Of a stretch of DNA of 64,000 nt, positions 27,438 to 41,059 are shown in pieces. A program made the position numbers and the translations under genes. The notes under the pieces are model-generated. The model had not been told where the DNA came from. It made no database searches and worked only from the letters and a program-made list of their open reading frames with translations. The stretch's first letter is position 1; each line of letters opens with the position of its first letter. The stretch covers positions 86,118,001-86,182,000 of the forward strand of contig NC_042999.1 of the NCBI RefSeq assembly GCF_006345805.1. The letters run 5' to 3'. The stretch comes from Octopus sinensis (Eukaryota).

Positions 27438-29550
27438 ATATTATATATATATATATTGTTAACAAAAACAACAATAATAAACTGTTTCTTGGGATTTATA
27501 AAACTTGACAGGATTAGCTTGTTAAATTTCAGTGTTCATCGCGATAGGACATATAGGGCTATGTCAGTTGTATGACATAATCGATGTATGGCTATTTTGA
27601 CATAGGAGTACGGCTGGAATAATTGTGCATGAGCGTAAAGAATGTAAAGAAGGATTAGTGACTGAATGAAAATAAAAGAGATTGCACGATCTTTTTGTAG
27701 AGGAAGAGGTTACATTGCATGCTGCGTCAAAGGAAGATCCGAAAAGATCACAAAAAGGACTGAAGTTGTACGACAATATAAGCTGAGAGTAAAATGTTAC
27801 AGAAAATTACTTTAGTTGTTATATTAATTCAACAAAAACAAATTTAGTATTAAATATGAAGGAATGAATACTTAGTTGAACAAGGAAAATATTAAGAAGG
27901 ATGGAGGGTTAATCTGTGGTATATTGATATCAAGAATGCAAAAAGAGAGATGCTTTCTATTTGCAGCAAAGGTCAAACACTAACAGTGAAACCGGTAGAA
28001 AAATTATACAGATCGACAGAAAGGACTGCATGTCAACTCGATATAATTATGACCAGACATAAAATCGTTTCAATGATGAAAAGCAATATCGACCTCAGCG
28101 GGATTTGAATGCCGAGCATAAAGTCAGAAGAAATGTCGCTAAGTATTTTTGCAACGTGATAACCATTCTGCCAGCTCGCCGCATTCAATGATTATGTAAT
28201 ATTACAACATATACTATGTAATCCATGTATATCTCGTCAAAGGAAGACCACGTATATTTATATATGTACACACACACACATACGCACGCGCGCGCTCATA
28301 TATAAATCTTAAGAAATATCGTATATAAAACAGGTTATTTTAGGACAAAATATAATGTACAATTGTAAAGTAAAAACTGAATCAGAAAGCGAAAGGTGAA
28401 TCACATGGACGGTTAAGAAACATAAGTCTTCCAGCAGAATAATGATTTAATTATTTAGGCAACTAAGACAAAAATATTTATAATGATAAACATCTAAATG
28501 AATGATCTAACAAGTAATAATTTTGATATGTTGTGAATGTGAATCGCAAACCTAAGTTTGAGAATACTAACTCTTCAAGTTTACTGCTTTGAAAACGTGT
28601 ATTTAAATTCCTTGGAAATGATATACAAATGTTTTAGGGCAAAGATTTGTTGATGCTATGATGTAGGTAAAATCGTCTTGAAAATTAATAAATTCCATTT
28701 TTCTAAATTCTATGATTTAAAAATATTTTCTGATTACTTAAGAAATAAATTTCGAAGAGGATTTTCTTTAAAAATCTACATAAGTTCATAGTTTTTGTAA
28801 TTTACTAAAGGTTAATTACAAAAGATATAAAATGGCTATAGAAAATTGATCACATATGATGGGATTCTTCGATACTGAGAGAACAGGAAAACATAAAACG
28901 GGAACGAAAATAACATCAGAAAACAAGTGCAGATAAAATAACAGGAAATCAGATGATTCAAGGTTTCAGAACACATGTCTAAGTACAACTAAAGCTTTCA
29001 AAGAAACCTCCCAGAATAGTTTTACCGGGAACTTTGTAAAAACAGATATCAAAGTTAAAGAAGCATTCGTTTAAATAAAAATAAGGAAATACTTAAGAAA
29101 TATATAGAGTAAAGCACTCAGCCAGTAACATAAGAGACAGGAAAATAAGAGAAAAACAGAGAAAGGCGCAGCAATCAAAAAGAATATCGGCCAAAAGTAT
29201 GGTATAAGAAACAAAAAAGAAAAACAAGAGGAAAAGAAAGGCAAGAAAAAATCTCTAGAAATAACGAAATTTAGAATAATTAGAAACTGCAGAGTTTGAG
29301 GGTCTAGATAACATTAACGACTCCAGTGTATAGAATGATATATATCTGAAATTTATGTGGATGACCGATGACTCTTCTCTGTGATGACTCTTCTCTATTT
29401 ACTTTCATGGAATAACTATTATATTTTATTGCAAAGAAAAAATCCTAAAACCCTCTTTAGAACCACCACGTCAACGATCAGTATTAATACAGATAATGGT
29501 CTTGATATTAAAGAGTTTGAACATTCACTCACATATGTACATATATACAT

Positions 29551-29721
29551 GCTGAAAAGTTCCTGACTTTAAGGATATCGCGAAAGGCCTGGTTTTAGGC
29601 CCAAAATTCTGCTGCAATAAGTGTGTGAATCTGAGAGGGAAATATGTTGAATAAAATCATAATTAACTGATCCTGTATTTTCTTCTGTCCAATGTCAAGA
29701 ACTTTTCAGCATCCTCTCGTA
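29551..29721 (+). mobile_element. Mariner-derived MITE (~170 bp), outer left end lost
   Basis: gctgaaaagttcctgac (29551-29567) and gtcaagaacttttcagc (29694-29710) are 16/17 inverted. The interior keeps the mariner terminal peptide KCVNLRGKYVE*. Confidence 0.75.
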
Positions 29722-30071
29722 CATGCATACATATACACAAACATGCTAATATACAAGCAAATATAGAAGAGAAAGAGGATAACTCCCGCTTCTATATCCT
29801 GATTATGTCTTCAGATTATACCAATAAAAATTGTTACTCTGGCTTTAGCAAGCAAAAGCCTGAAAAAGAAACCAGCTAACTTGAAGATACTAAAACAATC
29901 TGTAAGCGGAATTGTAAAAGTATGCAAAATTTTCCTCTAATTCAAAATGTGAATTTGTTTTTGTTATTTACATTCCAGCGGTAAGTTTTGTACCTTTGTT
30001 TGAGACCAGCTCCTTCCTCCAGGAAGATTTCAAATCAATTAAAGTAAAAGAGAACGTGTATACACACGGAA

Positions 30072-30103
<32 letters not shown>

Positions 30104-30908
30104 ACACACATACACAGGCGCGCGCGCACACACAAACACATACGTACACATTCACATACGCACGCACACACAATCACACACACACACACTCACACACAAA
30201 CGTATACACACGTTCTTCTATATGTATAAATACATGCACACATGCAAGCACACCCATGTACATATGTATATATATGTACATATATGTGTGTGTGTATGTA
30301 TATATATATATATGTGTGTGTGTATGCATGTGTGTATGTATGATACGGGACATCGGTGGCCAAACCGTGTAAACGCAAACACACACACACACACACACAC
30401 ATACGACTTACAAACGATTGCCATCTAACAAAATCGAAAGTCGTTGTTCGATCTGGGGATATAGAAACAGGCATTTTTTCAGTGTACCAATGTAGTGGAA
30501 CCGAAGAAACTATCTGGTTGCGAAGCGAACGTCCAAACGAGACCTCTATGCCGTCAATGCAAATAATATCGCTACAAAATTATGATGCTATTTATATTTA
30601 ACCACACGCTACATAAAAAGAAAAAAACAAATCTAAGTGGAAAACAGAAAAATACATAATAATTTCCAAATCAGCGCTTAGGACAGAAATTATTTAAGAC
30701 TTAATCAGCTCAGTGTCTAAAAGTTTATACTTGCGGCACTGCAGCGCAAAAATCACAATCGAGAAAGAATATGAAAATGTAAATAAACAATTGGTAATGA
30801 CAGCATATTGAGACCTTTTCTCTTAAACAGCGTTGATCACGTTTTATCAAGATGTTTGGCTCTCGCATAGTCAAAGTGTATACAGTCTGAATAACTTGAT
30901 ACTTTTCC

Positions 30909-31290
30909 GGGAAGGCTGTGTGGTAAGTAGCTTGTTTACCAACCACATAGTTCCGGGTTCAGTCCCATTGCGTGGTACCTTGGGCAAGTGTCTTCTACTA
31001 TAGCCTCGAGCCGACCAAAACCTTGTGAGTGGATTTGGTAGACGGAAACTGAAAGAAGCCCGTCGTATATATGTATATGTGTGTGTGTGTGTGTTTGTCC
31101 CCCCACAACATCGCTTGACAACCGATGTTGGTTTGTTTACGTCCCCGTAACTTAGCGGTTCGGCAAAAGAGACCGATAGAATAAGTACTAGGCTTACAAA
31201 GAATAAGTCCTGGTGTCGATTTGCTCGACTAAAGGCGGTGCTTCAGCATGGCCACAGTCAAGGAATAGAGTAAAAAGTATAAAAGAGAAA
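30909..31290 (+). mobile_element. SINE family A
   Basis: Collinear with 11038-11492 and 58862-59290. Confidence 0.9.
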
Positions 31291-31486
31291 ATTTTCAACA
31301 TCAAGAAAATTCTTTGCCTAAGTTTCATTAGTATCAATCTTCTGTATTTTATTTTTCAATACAAGAATTTACAGTTACACATAAATGTATATGCTTGACT
31401 TATATCAAAATTAATGGAATAGTAGACGAATAATATGCATATTTGGAGAAAATATATAAAGACGTAGAAATATTATGAAATAGATA

Positions 31487-32320
31487 TCAGGTCATCACAT
31501 AAGTTCTGTCTGATTTTACCTTTTTTAAAATTGAATGAAATTTAATAGTATTTTAGAATGTCTAATGGAATTAAAAATTATTTATATACATTTAAACTAA
31601 TTAAATATTATTTTACAGAATAATAGAATTAAAATTTCTTTGATTAAAACCCTTTCTAACATGGAAGTATCCAAAGAGCATTTGAGGCACATGAGTACAA
31701 AAAAGGAAATTCTGCAGCCGAAGCGACTCGAAACATACACTCAGTTTATGGGAAAGAATGCTTGAATGAAAGAACTTGCAGAAGATGGTTTGCAAAATTC
31801 AGAAGTGGAGATTTCAGCCTTGAAGATGAAGATCGAACAGGACGTCCAGTTGAGTTTGATGATAAGCTCCTTGAGGCATTACTTGAAGAAAATCCTCCAT
31901 TATCAGTTGAAGAATTGGCAATAAAGCTTAGTTCAAACCATACGACTGTTCATCGTCATCTTCAACAACTTGGAAAGGTTCCTAAACTTGGAAAATGGGT
32001 GCCTCATGAATTGTCCGAAAGCAGCCGCAAATCCCGAGTTGGCATCTGCTCTTCTCTCCATTCCCGCGAACCCATTTCACCCTTTTTGGATAGACTTGTG
32101 ACTGGTGACGAAAAATGGATCTTCTATCGAAATGTTGAACGTCGAAAACAGTGGTTTGGTAAAGGGAAAAGGCTCAACCACAACCGAGAAGGGAACTTCA
32201 TGGGGAAAATGTTCTTTTCTCTATCTGATGGGATTGCAAAGGAGTAATTCACTTTGAATTGTTACCACCTAATGCAACAATTAATACTGTCAGCAATTAG
32301 AGCATTTGAACCAAAACATT
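31487..32320 (+). pseudogene. 3'-truncated mariner (Mos1/Hsmar-like) transposase pseudogene
   Basis: TA followed by a putative left TIR tcaggtcatcacataagttctg. ATG at 31661 (MEVSKEHLRH) is followed by a frameshift. HTH motifs ERTCRRWFAKFRSGDFSLEDEDRTGRP, WVPHEL and the first catalytic block LVTGDEKW are present. Similarity ends ~32320. Confidence 0.92.
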
Positions 32321-32502
32321 AAAAGAAGCAACCAAAAACAAAAATAGTCATACGAATCGAATTTTTCAGACCAAAGTTTATAAGCTCCACAAATAGCAGG
32401 TTGATTTATACACCATGATGACTTTGGAGGACCACAAATTTCATGTGAAATGTAGCAGGATTTGGGAAGATAGTGACGATGTTTGAATGTTTAGACTACG
32501 TG

Positions 32503-32544
<42 letters not shown>

Positions 32545-32550
32545 TATACA

Positions 32551-32591
<41 letters not shown>

Positions 32592-33454
32592 ACGTTGACT
32601 TGTGTACCAGAAAATATGGCACACGCAAAAGGAAGAGTAAAAAAAGCCTTGTGAGTGGATTTGGTAGACGGATTTCGAAAGTACTAAGCAGTGTTAATAG
32701 GCATAAGCAAAATTTAGGTCATTTGAAATATGTTTGCGATGTGTGTGTGTCTTTCTGTCTGTGTTTGTCCCCCACCATCGCTTGACAACAGATACTGGTG
32801 CATTTACGTCTCCGTGGTATGGAGGTTCGGCAAAGGAGATCGATAGAGTAATTACCGGGCTTTAAAAAATGAATTCTGGGGTCGATACATTCGACTAAAA
32901 TTAAAAGGTGGTGCCCCAGCATGGCAGCTGTCAAATGACTGAAACAAATAAACGATAAAGATAAAAGATCGTCAACAAATTACATATAGAGAGAGCGAGG
33001 GGAGGGAGAGAGAATGAGTGTGTGAAAGAAAGAGAAAGATATAAAGAGAGTTAATCCATTCAAATTGTTTAATGTTCCTGGCTTAAGACCAAAGCAGAAA
33101 CTTGAACTAGAATAATAAAAGATCAAAGTGTACACGCGGAGAAATGCAGTAAGAAAGAGGTTAATGGCAGTAAACATCAAAATATATTGAGAAAGTATAC
33201 TAAAGTAATATGAATTTCGATTGGGTTATGCCCCAATACTTCCAAACGGGCAGAGAAAATATAAGATTAGTAGTACAGTGAACTTGACATCTAGTGATAA
33301 TAGAGCAGATGTGTAGTCTAAGCACGTTTATAGAAAATGATTAAGAAATCTAGAATGAACTGGTAACGTTGAGATCCTGAGATTTCGGAATAACAATAGC
33401 AAAGTATTTCTTTTTACATATATTAGTCTCTTTTAATGATATTAATTATTATTT

Positions 33455-33663
33455 CTATCGCAGGCACAAAGCCTGAAGTTGTGGAATGGAGGCAAGTCGT
33501 TTATATCGACTACCTGCACTCAATTGACACTTGTTCTATTGACCCCAAAAGGGTGAAAGTCTATATCGGCATCGGCAGAATCTGAACTCAAAACATAAAG
33601 GCAGGCGAAATGCTGCTAAGCATTTTCCCCGTTGTGCTAACGATTCTGCCAGCTCGCTAACTT
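33455..33663 (-). mobile_element. SINE family B
   Basis: caggcacaaagcctgaag...tgctaacgattctgccagctcgc. Confidence 0.85.
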
Positions 33664-33667
33664 AAAA

Positions 33668-33992
33668 AAAGAAACCTTTCTACTAAAGGAACAAGGCCTG
33701 AGATTTTGGGGGAGGAGACTAGTTGATTACATCAACCCCAGTGTTAACTGGTACTTATTTAATCCGTCTCGAAAAATTCCACCAAAGTCGACTATGCTTT
33801 TCATCTTTTCGAGACGGATTAAATAAGTACCAGTTAACACTGGGGTTGATGTAATCAACTAGTCTCCTCCCCCCAAATCTCAGGCCTTGTTCCTTTAGTA
33901 GAAAGGTTTCTTTGAACTCAGAATATAAAGGCAGACGAAATACTGCAAAGTAGTTTACTCATCGTGCTAACGAAACTGCCAGCTTACTACCT
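33668..33992 (-). mobile_element. SINE family B containing a 108-bp inverted duplication (palindrome)
   Basis: Arms 33668-33775 and 33806-33913 match at 107/108; 30-nt spacer; normal SINE sequence resumes at ~33911. Confidence 0.93.
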
Positions 33993-34039
33993 TAAAAAAA
34001 AAAAAAAATTGCGGTAATTATAATAAAGAGTTTGAAGAG

Positions 34040-34620
34040 AAATCTTTACAAAGTCACTTTTGGAAAGCCACTGTGGCTGCATGCGGAACAAAATCTGGGC
34101 TTGGTTGAAAAAGGGACAACTGTAAAAAGAAACAGAGAACCTTATTATAGCAGAACAAGATCAAACACTGCAAATAGGCAACTTGAGAAAATATGGGGAG
34201 AAGATATCGGTAAAATGTAGAGTAGGTGGAATTTGGGATGAAATAATGACACATTGTTACCGAATGCCTCAAGTTGGCCACGGAAGAATATAAGAAATGT
34301 AAAACTGATCAAGCTGTGATAGTTTTACTCTTGAAACGTTGGCAAAAATGGGAGTTTGAAGTAGCAATTACATAGTACAATCAGCTGATACTAAGAATAC
34401 TTGATTCAGAAACGTGCACATTTATGGGATTTTCCTATTGAAATGGATAAGATGGAACATAACGAACCAGATATCACAAGGAAAATCGAATTTGCTTACT
34501 GAATAATCCATGATATCCACATGATACAAGGACTATAAAGAAAGCAAGTGAAAAGTTGAAAGACTATCAGCCCTTAAAATGTGAGATTGCGCGGGTTTGG
34601 AACATGAATTCTGTAAAATT
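34040..34620 (+). mobile_element. Decayed 3' fragment of an R4/Dong-like LINE, interrupted by a SINE
   Basis: WLKKGQLxKETENLIIAEQDQTL, LWDFPIE, HNEPDI and KLKDYQPLKCEIARVW; resumes after 34960. Confidence 0.8.
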
Positions 34621-34949
34621 GAAAAAAAGACTCCGCCGGTTACGACGACGAGGGTCCCAGCTGATACGATCAACGGAACAGCTTGCTCGTGAAATTAACG
34701 TGCAAATGGCTGAGCATTCCACAGACACGTGTACCCTTAACGTAGTTCTCGGTGATAATCAGCGTGACACAGAGAGTGACAAGGCTGACCCTTTGAAATA
34801 CAAGTACAACTCATTTTTGCCAGCTGAGTGGACTGGAGCAACGTGAAATAAAGTGTCTTGCTCAAGGACACAACGCGTCGCCGGGAATCGAACTCACAAC
34901 CTTACGATCATGAGCCGAATGCCCTAACCACTAAGCCACGCGCTCTCAC
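34621..34949 (-). mobile_element. Full-length SINE family C with an 11-bp target-site duplication
   Basis: TSD TCTGTAAAATT at 34610-34620 and 34950-34960. A-box tggcttagtgg and B-box gagttcgattcc on the minus strand. Confidence 0.93.
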
Positions 34950-35446
34950 TCTGTAAAATTAGTGTAGTCATCATTACTCGTTTCTATGATTTTACAGCTG
35001 GACATAAACGATTGCGCTAGAAAATCTGATTTTTGTAATGTCATTGTACTTATATCTGGTATAAAATTTGCTCCCATATCAGAAAAGTTTTACAGGGAGC
35101 GTAATATCCCCCCTGTTTCTACTACCATTATGAGATATAACTTGTAGGATTACCACTGATGTGGTTGTGAAATACAAAAAGTTAAAAAGCCGCGCAGTAA
35201 AAGCATTGGCAGCGAAGATAAAATGCTGAAACAAACCCTTTTCTAACAGGGAAATAAGTGGAGTTTAATTTGAGAAAAAACAAAAGAACCCTTTTTGTCT
35301 GTTGTTCAGAATGAAAACTGAACAAAAATGCTTTCCCGTCAAGTAAACAGCGAACAATTGCTAATAGAGTTCTGAAAAAAAAGCAAGTGTCCACGTTAAA
35401 CAAGAACAAAAACAATTAAACCGATTATAAGAATATCTTCTCCAAG

Positions 35447-35473
35447 TTGCTGTTGCTGCTACTGCTACTGCTG

Positions 35474-35534
<61 letters not shown>
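35447..35534. repeat. (CTG)n(CTA)n microsatellite
   Basis: Seen directly; abuts a LINE fragment. Confidence 0.95.
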
Positions 35535-37330
35535 GTAAAGAGATGATTGAAACCAGCTTTAAGGAGAGAATTCTTTCAAGGAGGATCCCTATCCCCTTTT
35601 TACTCATGTCTAACTATTCCCCACTAAGAAACATATAAACAACCAATGGCTATAAATGCAATGGACAAACAAATAAAGCATCTTTATACGGTTAACTTAA
35701 AACTGTTTACAATGTACAAAACCCAGCTGCGGAAAGTACTAAAAACTGTTCGTTTATTCACTCAAGATATAAAAATGAATATGGGGCCTGATAAATAATG
35801 CGCAAAAGCTGCTACAAGAATAGACAAATTAACAAAATCTGAGAATTTAAAATTAAATCCAGACCCTGAAACTGTAGAATTAAGCATGAACCACCAATAC
35901 AAATACTTAGAAATATAGGAAACTGATAAGATATAACACAAAAACGAAGGAGAAAACTGGAGAAGACTAATATTGAAAACAGAATCCACTGCTAGAAATG
36001 AGATAACTATACATATATGCATACATACATACATACATACATACATACATACATACATACAACATACATACATACATACATACATACATACATAATACAT
36101 ACATACATACATACATACATACATACATACATACATACATAATACATACATAATACATACATAATACATACTACATACATACATACCATGCATATATTAT
36201 ATATATGTACATATCTGCATATATATTATATATATGTACTTATGTCTATATGTGTGTATGTATATATGTTCGCATACATAGTCTAAGCCTCGTAGTCATA
36301 AACAACAATTTCAATTAGAACGAAAGAGGATTTAAGAGCCTAGACAGACACACCAGGAAACTACTAACAGCGTTCCGAAGCCAACACCTTAAAGCTGATA
36401 TAGATAGGATAACCTATCTGTGATTAGCGAGGGTGGATCTGATACAAATAGAAAATTACCACAAAGTAACAATGGCAGGAATATAACAATACTTATAAAC
36501 AATTAAGAGGAAACTTATTAGCGTAATAAAGGAATATATAAAACAAACAAAAAACAGCTTTTCCCTCTCCCACTTTCTCTCTATGCTACTCACACAGCCT
36601 TAAAATACCAACTAGAAGCTAACTACACGAGGGAAAAAGATTTAGATGAGCATACAACAACAGAAAAAGTTAAAATGACGAAATACAAGACCAGAAAGGT
36701 ATTTCGGAATACATTAATGAAAAATGAGAGAAAATTTCACTTCATGATTAATACCATGCAAAAAAAACAACAAAAAAACAATCAAAATTAAGTAAACTGG
36801 AATGAAGGTTAAGAAAGGCTAAAAATTAAGGACAAAAGGCCTAGTTTTAGCTTCACAGAATCAATATCTATCTTAATATTTTAGAATGATATAAAGAAAC
36901 AAGAGGTCAGTATCAAGTGATAAGTATGCAATTAGTAAAATGAGACAATTGACCACGACAATTCAAGCAGACTAGTTCTTGTAAAATTTGTGTCCACAGA
37001 CACAATCGAGTCGACATCTATGAGTGTTGGCCAATATGCTAACACCTCGTAGTGAAAGAGGTCACGAAATGGCATATTTATGCGTCAAACATGGTATCTG
37101 ACACGACATGGTCAAAATCACACGTCCAAGCTGAAAAGAAAACCATGATAAACAATCCAGATATAGTTATCAAGGGTTGGAACAAAATCTTCTACGTTCT
37201 GATAGAAACGTTTGTCGCTTCTGAGCATCCCATCGCAGGGCAGATAGAGAAAATGTCAAAATACAAGGATCAATGAAAACAGCAGCAATAATTATTGCGG
37301 CACTAGGTAAAATAAAGAACATGAATAAAA
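35535..37330 (+). mobile_element. Decayed 5'-truncated R4/Dong-like LINE, split by a (CATA)n array at ~36010-36190
   Basis: FQGGSLSP-like at ~35573, QYKYLEI at ~35897, LRALDRHTRKLLTAFRSQHLKADIDR at ~36333, NNPDIVIK...EKMSKYKD at ~37150-37270. Confidence 0.75.
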
Positions 37331-37984
37331 AATATAAAAGAAAATGACATACTTAGGCTAACAACTCTAAACATTTTACAAAAACACAGCTCTGCTGAGC
37401 ATGATCCACATCATTTTAAAAGCACTTTCAATACAATAGTATGGTTCAACCCCCTCCTACACACTCGCACGCATATAGTAAATAAAAACAATAACAAATG
37501 GATAGTTCTAAAACATCACTATACGTATTTCACTTGTGTGGTTTGGCTCAAATGCAAGTCCATTGCATAACTTAATGGATAACATGTAATTTCATACTGT
37601 TACATAACCATTGCACTTCCTCAGGTTATATTCTTTCGAATATATTTCAGGTTACAACTCACAAAATATTTCGGCGAAATATTTTTAAGAATAAGAGTGA
37701 CAGTGAATTCGAAATTTCGGTATGTTAGCCTTCGCTGGACTTTGTATGTTTGTATGCACTGGCCATTACTAGCAAGAGTCAGAAGGATACGAAATATTGT
37801 ACCATGTAATGTTTATAAGAAAATTGTATGAACTTCCAGAACTTATATTACGACAGGTTAATTCAATATATTTCAATTTTTCTTTCCATTTTATTCCAGC
37901 ATGAAGATGTCTTGAATGAAACCGGTAGATGCTTACATAAAAATATGTCTTGCTGTTTTCAGCAATAAAGTTCTCCAAGCATTT

Positions 37985-38300
37985 TCTTATTTTTCCAATA
38001 TATTTTTCACTCGTGCATATATATCACAAAACAAACAAGACAGGAATGAAGATATCTGTACACTGATTCACATCTCACAAGACAAAAAGAAAAAAAAGGT
38101 GGAGAAACTCAAAATACAACGACCTTGAAATTGAAATAAGCAGGATGTAGAGCAAGAAGATAAAATCAGTCCCAATGTTGATTAGAGCACTCGGTACGAT
38201 AAAAAATGAATCACCCATAAGAAGAATATTAAGGAACACAATATCTTACAAAACAAGACAGCTCTACTACACGCATACTATTTAAGACAACTTCAAGTCA
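37985..38300 (+). mobile_element. RLE C-terminal fragment of an R4/Dong-like LINE
   Basis: KYNDLEIEISRM...VPMLIRALGTIK at ~38112-38205. Confidence 0.7.
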
Positions 38301-38588
38301 ACAGTACAACCCAGACTGCAGTCTTTGTACAGTGCACATACTCTGTAAGGCAACAACTGAATAAAATAGCACAACTTACATCGTACCAGAAGAAGCACTA
38401 AAACAGTATATCAAGCAACATACCAATGCAAAAACTGACTTAGATTATAATATAGATTCCCAAAAGACACTGTTGTTCGTAATTCAAAACACAAAAATGT
38501 ACCTGGTGAGAAGAGAAGGGCGGTAGAAGTATAACATTGTTGAAAACACAGTAACATATAATTATGGTGATGGTGCTAAGACCCGAAT

Positions 38589-38628
38589 TACTACTACTAC
38601 TACTACTACTACTAACTACTACTACTAC

Positions 38629-38661
<33 letters not shown>
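38589..38661. repeat. (CTA)n microsatellite
   Basis: Seen directly. Confidence 0.95.
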
Positions 38662-40950
38662 AAGTTTTCGTGGTTGTTTAGTATACTGCACTGTTATGCC
38701 ACGGGCATGTTTAATGATCTCCTAAACAATCCATAACCAATACCGAGATGGCTTTCAGAGATGGGACGATAGATAATCTAAGAATCGCTCCACCACTTGT
38801 GCATCAATATCCCAAAATGATATCAACAGGATATTTAAAGATTATAGAAAACAAACAAATAAACAAACAAACAAAAACGTAATTCCTGTAGAGTAGTGTG
38901 GGTGTGTGCCCAACTCCTATGGGACAATCAGTCAGCTCCTTGTTAACAAGAGGGTACTGAATAATGTGAAGGCACAGAAAAAGGATATGCTGTGTGTATT
39001 CTCCACCGACTAGCAAACTTAAGCAGATACGTTTTTAAGTCAACAATATCAGAAATGAAAATAGAACACAAATAACAAACTTGTTACACAAGTAAAAAAC
39101 AAGTAAAAAACACAAAACAAACAACAAAATTAAAACACTCGAACATCAAACACAATGCCTCACCAAATACATGCAAAACGAAGTAAATAGTAAAACACAA
39201 GAGAACCAAACAATAGAATACATACAGAATACTGGTCAACAAAACTATAAATAAACAGGAATACGAAAAAGGTTTAACAGGCTATTCTAAATGTGAAACC
39301 ATGGATATGACAATCTAAAGGAAGAAATAATTAAAGATTAAAAACAAAACTTATTCCTATGGAATATCGAAAGTATCTTGTAAAAATGAAACTTACTGAT
39401 AAAAAAGCAACAAAAATAAAAACGCAAAGATAACCTTCAAAAGTTTATTAAAAACGACCAGGAACATTTATATTACTCATTTAAACGAAATAATATATAC
39501 TATAAGTACATTATTTCAAAAAGTCAGTAATCCTTCAATTCTATTCAACTAAGAACATAAGCAAACTACAGGGAAAGAAGCACATCGCAACAGAAAAAAT
39601 TAAAGGCAAATACATAAATATGATATAACAAAAATGCTTTTCCAAATAAAAGAACGCTTGAATAATTAAAAGGCCCTCGTTGAATTGTAAGGAATCCGCT
39701 GTTATGAAAGCGATAACGATTCTTTGAATAATACAAACAATCCAACTTCGAGCCAAAACGATAGTATCAAAAAATTGGTAGAAATAAATAGAAGTCAATG
39801 TTGCGTCAACGGCAAGAAAAGTAAAGGGGTTCTAGGGTAAGTACGGGAGGTGAGGAAATGATCACGAAAGAGAGTGTTGAAAACAACGAACGAACACATT
39901 TTCGGAAAATCTCTGGAGCCATAACAACAGAAGTCGCCTAGACGTTAGGAAAAAAACAAAAAAAGAATACCATAAAAAACCCCACAACAACACAGTCTCA
40001 CACCAAGATTTGATAAAATCCCAAATTTCTGGTTAAAATATTTAACAGATACGCATAAGGTGCTAGCAGAAGTGTTAAGTTACTGGGGAAGCGGAAAGGA
40101 AATCCGACCGGCTCACAAAGAGTAAACCTATTTGAATCCCCAAGAGTAGAAGTATAGAGCCATTACAGCCTACGAGTCTATAAATGCGATTATACTGCAG
40201 GGAATAAGTAAATATCTGGAAAATGTTACACCTGTTTCTAGAGGAACAGAAAAGGTATTTCAAAAGTTCATATATGTATAAAGATCAGTTACTGATCAAC
40301 TAAAACACAACCGAAGATTACAGAAGGTGAACGAAGGTTTGAGTATTGCATAAATTGGCTACAAAATGTGAGTGGATCTTAGAAACATCACTAATAATAA
40401 GCAGATGAATTAAATACGTCATGAGAAAATAACAAGCAATTCTGCAGATACAGACAAAAGGGAAATTATGAACTAACTCTGTCTCCAATAGAAGAGGAAA
40501 TATTCTAAGGAGACTCCTCTCTATTTTTTTAATCTATAAATAAAAGTGAACTCGGACACAAATGGAACAGGAAAGCGATATTTTCTATATGCAGATGATA
40601 AATAATTAGAAACACCGTCAAAGTGAGTACACAAATTTAGAAAAAAACTTTTTCATCTTCAAGTCAACAGTTACAAGACAGACTGAAATAACAGATAGGG
40701 ACATGTGAGGAGAGGGGAGATGCAACAGGAATTTTAAAAAGCTGAAACAAGAAAAACTAATCTTAAAATTGAGTTATAGAGTACTATGTTAAAACCTGAA
40801 AAAAATTTAACACTGTGTAGATAGACAAAGTAAAACCGTGAACTGGTTGGAGTATTACGTATAGTACTGTTGATACAACAGAAAATACAAGTTTATAAAT
40901 CAAACAAAAAACTCTACACATTCCTTATGCTCATGTATCTGCGCTCGGTA
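38662..40950 (+). mobile_element. Long decayed R4/Dong-like LINE (possible 5' region plus RT)
   Basis: Remnants of WLTKGKTYLIP (~40105), EEQK (~40240), LSIAWIDYK (~40338), RGIFQGDS (~40493) and LYxDD (~40585). The 5' boundary is uncertain. Confidence 0.6.
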
Positions 40951-41059
40951 GTGCAGTTATTGCACGTGATAAAAATAAGCTACTGAATGATAATGGAGTT
41001 GATGATGAAAACAATGGCGATAATGATAATGATGATGATTTTGAGAATCATGAATCGTA

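Noticed and set aside
38380-38442. Candidate upstream Wnt5 exon (SVFALVCCLIYCFSASSGTM, donor AT|gtaagt, correct phase)
   Set aside because: Signal-peptide-like, but there is no in-frame ATG before the upstream stop, the acceptor is weak, and it lies antisense to an A-rich LINE flank. Only RNA data could rescue it.
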